DNA of 37,456 nt from a virus (taxonomy: Duplodnaviria > Caudoviricetes), in IMG/VR virus record IMGVR_UViG_3300033417_000032, positions 1-37,456 of that record; one strand, 5' to 3'. The position numbers and the translations under genes were made by a program. Below are positions 34,857 through 37,456 of the stretch, in pieces. The notes beneath the pieces were generated by a model. That model was not told the origin of the DNA and searched no databases. It was given only the letters and a program-made list of their open reading frames with translations. How positions within the stretch are numbered: position 1 is the first letter of the stretch; every line of letters begins with the position of its first letter.

Positions 34857-35357
34857 CTATGCGCTGATGCGTTGGTAAGATTTCTGTTTGACAGACACGC
34901 TGCCATGCTTCTCGCGGATGTCGTCCATTGAATAGCTTCCCTTGGAGCGGCTTTTCCAACCGGCGGGGCGGAAATTCCACATCATCTTTTTTGGTGCCCA
35001 TTTGAAGCCAGCGCCCTTGAGGGTCTCACGGTGCGGTCTTGTGTCTCCTGACACCCAAATCCATGAGCCACAGATTTCAATGTCAAGGCCAAGCCCTATG
35101 ATCGCGTTAAGGGCGGCATTTAACTCATCCCCATATTCACCAGCTTCAAAGCCGTCCTCAGAGAGGATGCTGCCTTGGACATAATCCTGAATGGCGGCCC
35201 AAGCAAGATTGACCATTTTCATCATTTCGGTGCCAGCGGGGTTCTTATCGGGGTGGAATTTTGAGCATGCAACACGGTATGCGCGTTTGATCTGGTCAAA
35301 GCTCACATTCGAAGGAAGTCCGAATATCTTAAGAGCGTCAGAATGGCTTATTTTCAT
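34857..35357 (-). CDS. J-domain (DnaJ-like) protein
   Basis: ALKIFGL...IKRAYR...KFHPDKNP...MKMVNLAW with an intact HPD, plus a C-terminal IEICGSWIWVSG...GFKWAPKK domain. Confidence 0.9.
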   Translation of the reverse strand: MKISHSDALKIFGLPSNVSFDQIKRAYRVACSKFHPDKNPAGTEMMKMVNLAWAAIQDYVQGSILSEDGFEAGEYGDELNAALNAIIGLGLDIEICGSWIWVSGDTRPHRETLKGAGFKWAPKKMMWNFRPAGWKSRSKGSYSMDDIREKHGSVSVKQKSYQRISA

Positions 35358-35892
35358 GGCTTAAATCTCTTTCCTGTGTCGAAGCACAATGCCCGACCAC
35401 GAGCATATGATGCCTCATGTAATGCGCGGGCACAAGCGTTATTTTAAAAATAATTTTGCAACTGCAATTTGCATCTTTCACTTAGTTGACGGAAAGGGGG
35501 TTCGATGTCAGGACGAAGGCTTGGTGACACGAGACAGGGTAGGAGACACCCCCCTATCCCGCACGGAACGGCTGATAAAAAGGCTTTCTTTTACAGTTTG
35601 TTGGAGGCAAACTTCAGGTTAATTGACTCAGAAATACCCCGAAACCGTTTAAAGTTTGATCTGATTTCGGGGGTTGGATCAGGAGACGTACTTGAAGGAA
35701 GGGAACAGGGGGGTGCGACTAAACACCCCACCGGACTTGCTCTCGATGGCAAAAGTCTATCATTCTGTCCTCTCCCCGCAAGCACTTTTATTCATAGTTG
35801 TTGAATTTAAAGGGCGCACACCATGAATCTGTACATAAAAAGGTCATTTCTTACCCTAAACTCACCCAATCACTAAGACAAGGAAAAGGAAT

Positions 35893-36666
35893 ATGTCTCA
35901 ACATTTATTCGATGTGGATATCGCTGTTAAGTACGGCGTCAACATAGCAATCTTTCTGAAAAACATTGCTTACTGGATAAATTTTAATCGGGCAAGTGAT
36001 CATAATTTCCATGACGGGCGATACTGGACGTACAGAGAAGTCAAAGCCTACCAGCTTCTTTTTCCTTACTGGACAGAGAAACAAATAAGAACAATTATTG
36101 AATCTAGTATAAATTTTGGTCTTCTCCAAAAGGGGAATTACAACAAACAGGCCTATGACAGAACATTGTGGTATGCGCTCACCGATGAAGGGCTAAAGTT
36201 GTTCAATATTGAATCAGGAAAGCGTAAAATTGAAGATAAGTCATTGAATCCAACCATTTTACCAAATGGGCAAATGGATCCGCCCAAAAGGGAAAATGGA
36301 TTTGACCAAAAGGGCGGACCTATACCAAATAAACAACCAGATGTTAAAAACAAAAGCTCTTGTGAACCAAACAGCCCAAAACCCCAAAAGCCTCCAATGA
36401 CCCGATCCTCTATGAGGGCTGAGAATGAAAAGAAGCAAGACTGGGCTGAAAAGCCAAAAGCACCCCTCGCAGACGTCAGCACCCAATCAACCGCCTTCCG
36501 CAGTGACTACGTAAATCAACCTCCCGGTAAATTGCCCGCTTATCTTGAGTCTTTAATGAACAAGACAATGGAGAAAATCCAAAATGGCAAAGCTGGACGC
36601 AATGCACTACGCCAAGAAGCAGGAGCTATGGGCTTTAATTCGCGAACTGGGGCGTCTTTACGATGA
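35893..36666 (+). CDS. Putative replication initiator (winged-helix N-terminus)
   Basis: FDVDIAVKYGVN, HDGRYWTY, LFPYWTEKQIR and YNKQAYDRTLWYAL of phage replisome-organiser proteins; AAGGA RBS. Confidence 0.78.
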   Translation: MSQHLFDVDIAVKYGVNIAIFLKNIAYWINFNRASDHNFHDGRYWTYREVKAYQLLFPYWTEKQIRTIIESSINFGLLQKGNYNKQAYDRTLWYALTDEGLKLFNIESGKRKIEDKSLNPTILPNGQMDPPKRENGFDQKGGPIPNKQPDVKNKSSCEPNSPKPQKPPMTRSSMRAENEKKQDWAEKPKAPLADVSTQSTAFRSDYVNQPPGKLPAYLESLMNKTMEKIQNGKAGRNALRQEAGAMGFNSRTGASLR

Positions 36667-36805
36667 GAATGATGAATTCCTAAGGGTGTACGCAAAAGAG
36701 GTCTACGAGGCAAATTTGGAGGATTTAGACCGTGCCGTCCTTTGCTTCCGCGATCTGATCGAGGGCAGCCGTTGGCTATACCTCAAAAAAAAGTACGGAA
36801 CGTGA
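36584..36805 (+). CDS. Hypothetical protein
   Basis: GGAG RBS; overlaps the initiator tail. Confidence 0.55.
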   Translation: MAKLDAMHYAKKQELWALIRELGRLYDENDEFLRVYAKEVYEANLEDLDRAVLCFRDLIEGSRWLYLKKKYGT

Positions 36806-36921
36806 CTTGTGGTTATATTTTATACTAAGGGTAAACCCTATGACAATTAAGGAATTTCACTTATTCTGTACAGCCTTATCCCCTGAATCTGTGAATTAAA
36901 TTTACTCTGGAAAAGATAATT

Positions 36922-37218
36922 ATGTTTAAAAAATTCATGAGGCTATCAGCAGAAATAAACGAGCTTATTTATCCTATTCTTTTTGAAAGAGAAGTCAGAA
37001 GGGCTTACGAACAACATAAAAAACGAATGCTTCAGGAGAGAACCACTCAAGTTTTACTGCATGTCTGCCAATTCTGTGCCAGAAAAGATACACAGTATAT
37101 AAAAATTGACCATGATAGGAAGGCACAGGAACTCGATCCTTACTCAATAATCTGGCTTTGCGAAAATCACATGGAAATTTACAAACAAATCGAAATGGAA
37201 CAAAAAAAGGCGGGGTGA
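36922..37218 (+). CDS. Hypothetical protein with CxxC...CxxH (HNH-like zinc-binding) motif
   Basis: CQFC...IDHDR...IIWLCENH. Confidence 0.55.
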   Translation: MFKKFMRLSAEINELIYPILFEREVRRAYEQHKKRMLQERTTQVLLHVCQFCARKDTQYIKIDHDRKAQELDPYSIIWLCENHMEIYKQIEMEQKKAG

Positions 37219-37318
37219 TTCAATTGTCGTTGTCAAATTTAATACAATCTTCTATCATGCGCAAAAACTTAATTAGATCTTAGTTAAGACTTCAATGTAA
37301 TGGAATGGAAACAACCAG

Positions 37319-37456
37319 ATGGATTCTATTAAAGCAGTTACCTTCGAATATCGCGATCCTAATACACTCATCTCATACGCCAGAAATCCGAGAAAGAATG
37401 ATCACCTTGTCGAGAAGTTTGCCTCGCAGATCAAAGAATTTGGGATGCCGGTTCCG
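37319..37456 (+). CDS. ParB-domain protein, 5' part (continues at window start)
   Basis: MDSIKAVTFEYRDPNTLISYARNPRKNDHLVEKFASQIKEFGMPVP is a ParBc N-terminus (Y..NPR, I.EFG..P) and runs off the end. Confidence 0.85.
   Translation, partial: MDSIKAVTFEYRDPNTLISYARNPRKNDHLVEKFASQIKEFGMPVP

Larger units (their letters stand above)
1..37456. mobile_element. Near-complete podovirus-like bacteriophage genome
   Basis: Complete packaging, head, tail, lysis and replication gene set; no host housekeeping genes; one gene spans the ends. Confidence 0.92.

Noticed and set aside
35389-35804. ORFs of 64-99 aa in the divergent control region
   Set aside because: They overlap each other, lack clear RBSs and have no protein-like motifs.

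Overview
This window is an almost complete, circularly permuted ~37.5 kb tailed-phage genome of podovirus type (P22-like portal and ejection proteins, N4-gp56-like major capsid protein), probably infecting a Gram-negative host (GH108 endolysin, lipoprotein with a lipobox). One ParB-domain gene is split across the two ends. The plus strand (35.9 kb through the end, then 1-26 kb) carries a replication initiator, a ParB / TET-JBP dioxygenase / glycosyltransferase DNA-modification operon followed by three canonical bacterial parS sites, RusA, lysis, packaging, head, a second glycosylation cluster (TPR-GT, methyltransferase, GT8-like, cupin), and tail and ejection genes. The minus strand (26-35.4 kb) carries early or accessory genes: RecE-like exonuclease with a probable annealase, a J-domain protein, an Acb2/Tad1-like sponge, an orphan Xre/MbcA/ParS-type antitoxin domain, a phosphoesterase, a tRNA-like RNA, and a lipoprotein plus two paralogous secreted proteins that share an N-terminal motif. 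I see no integrase, CI-like repressor, ParA or C5-methyltransferase. The most striking unexplained structures are (1) parS sites next to the ParB-TET-glycosyltransferase operon, (2) five tandem, covarying H-type pseudoknots in the capsid-gene leader, (3) the head-module glycosylation cluster and (4) the lipoprotein/secreted-protein trio. All family assignments come from recognising motifs by eye; no database searches were run.
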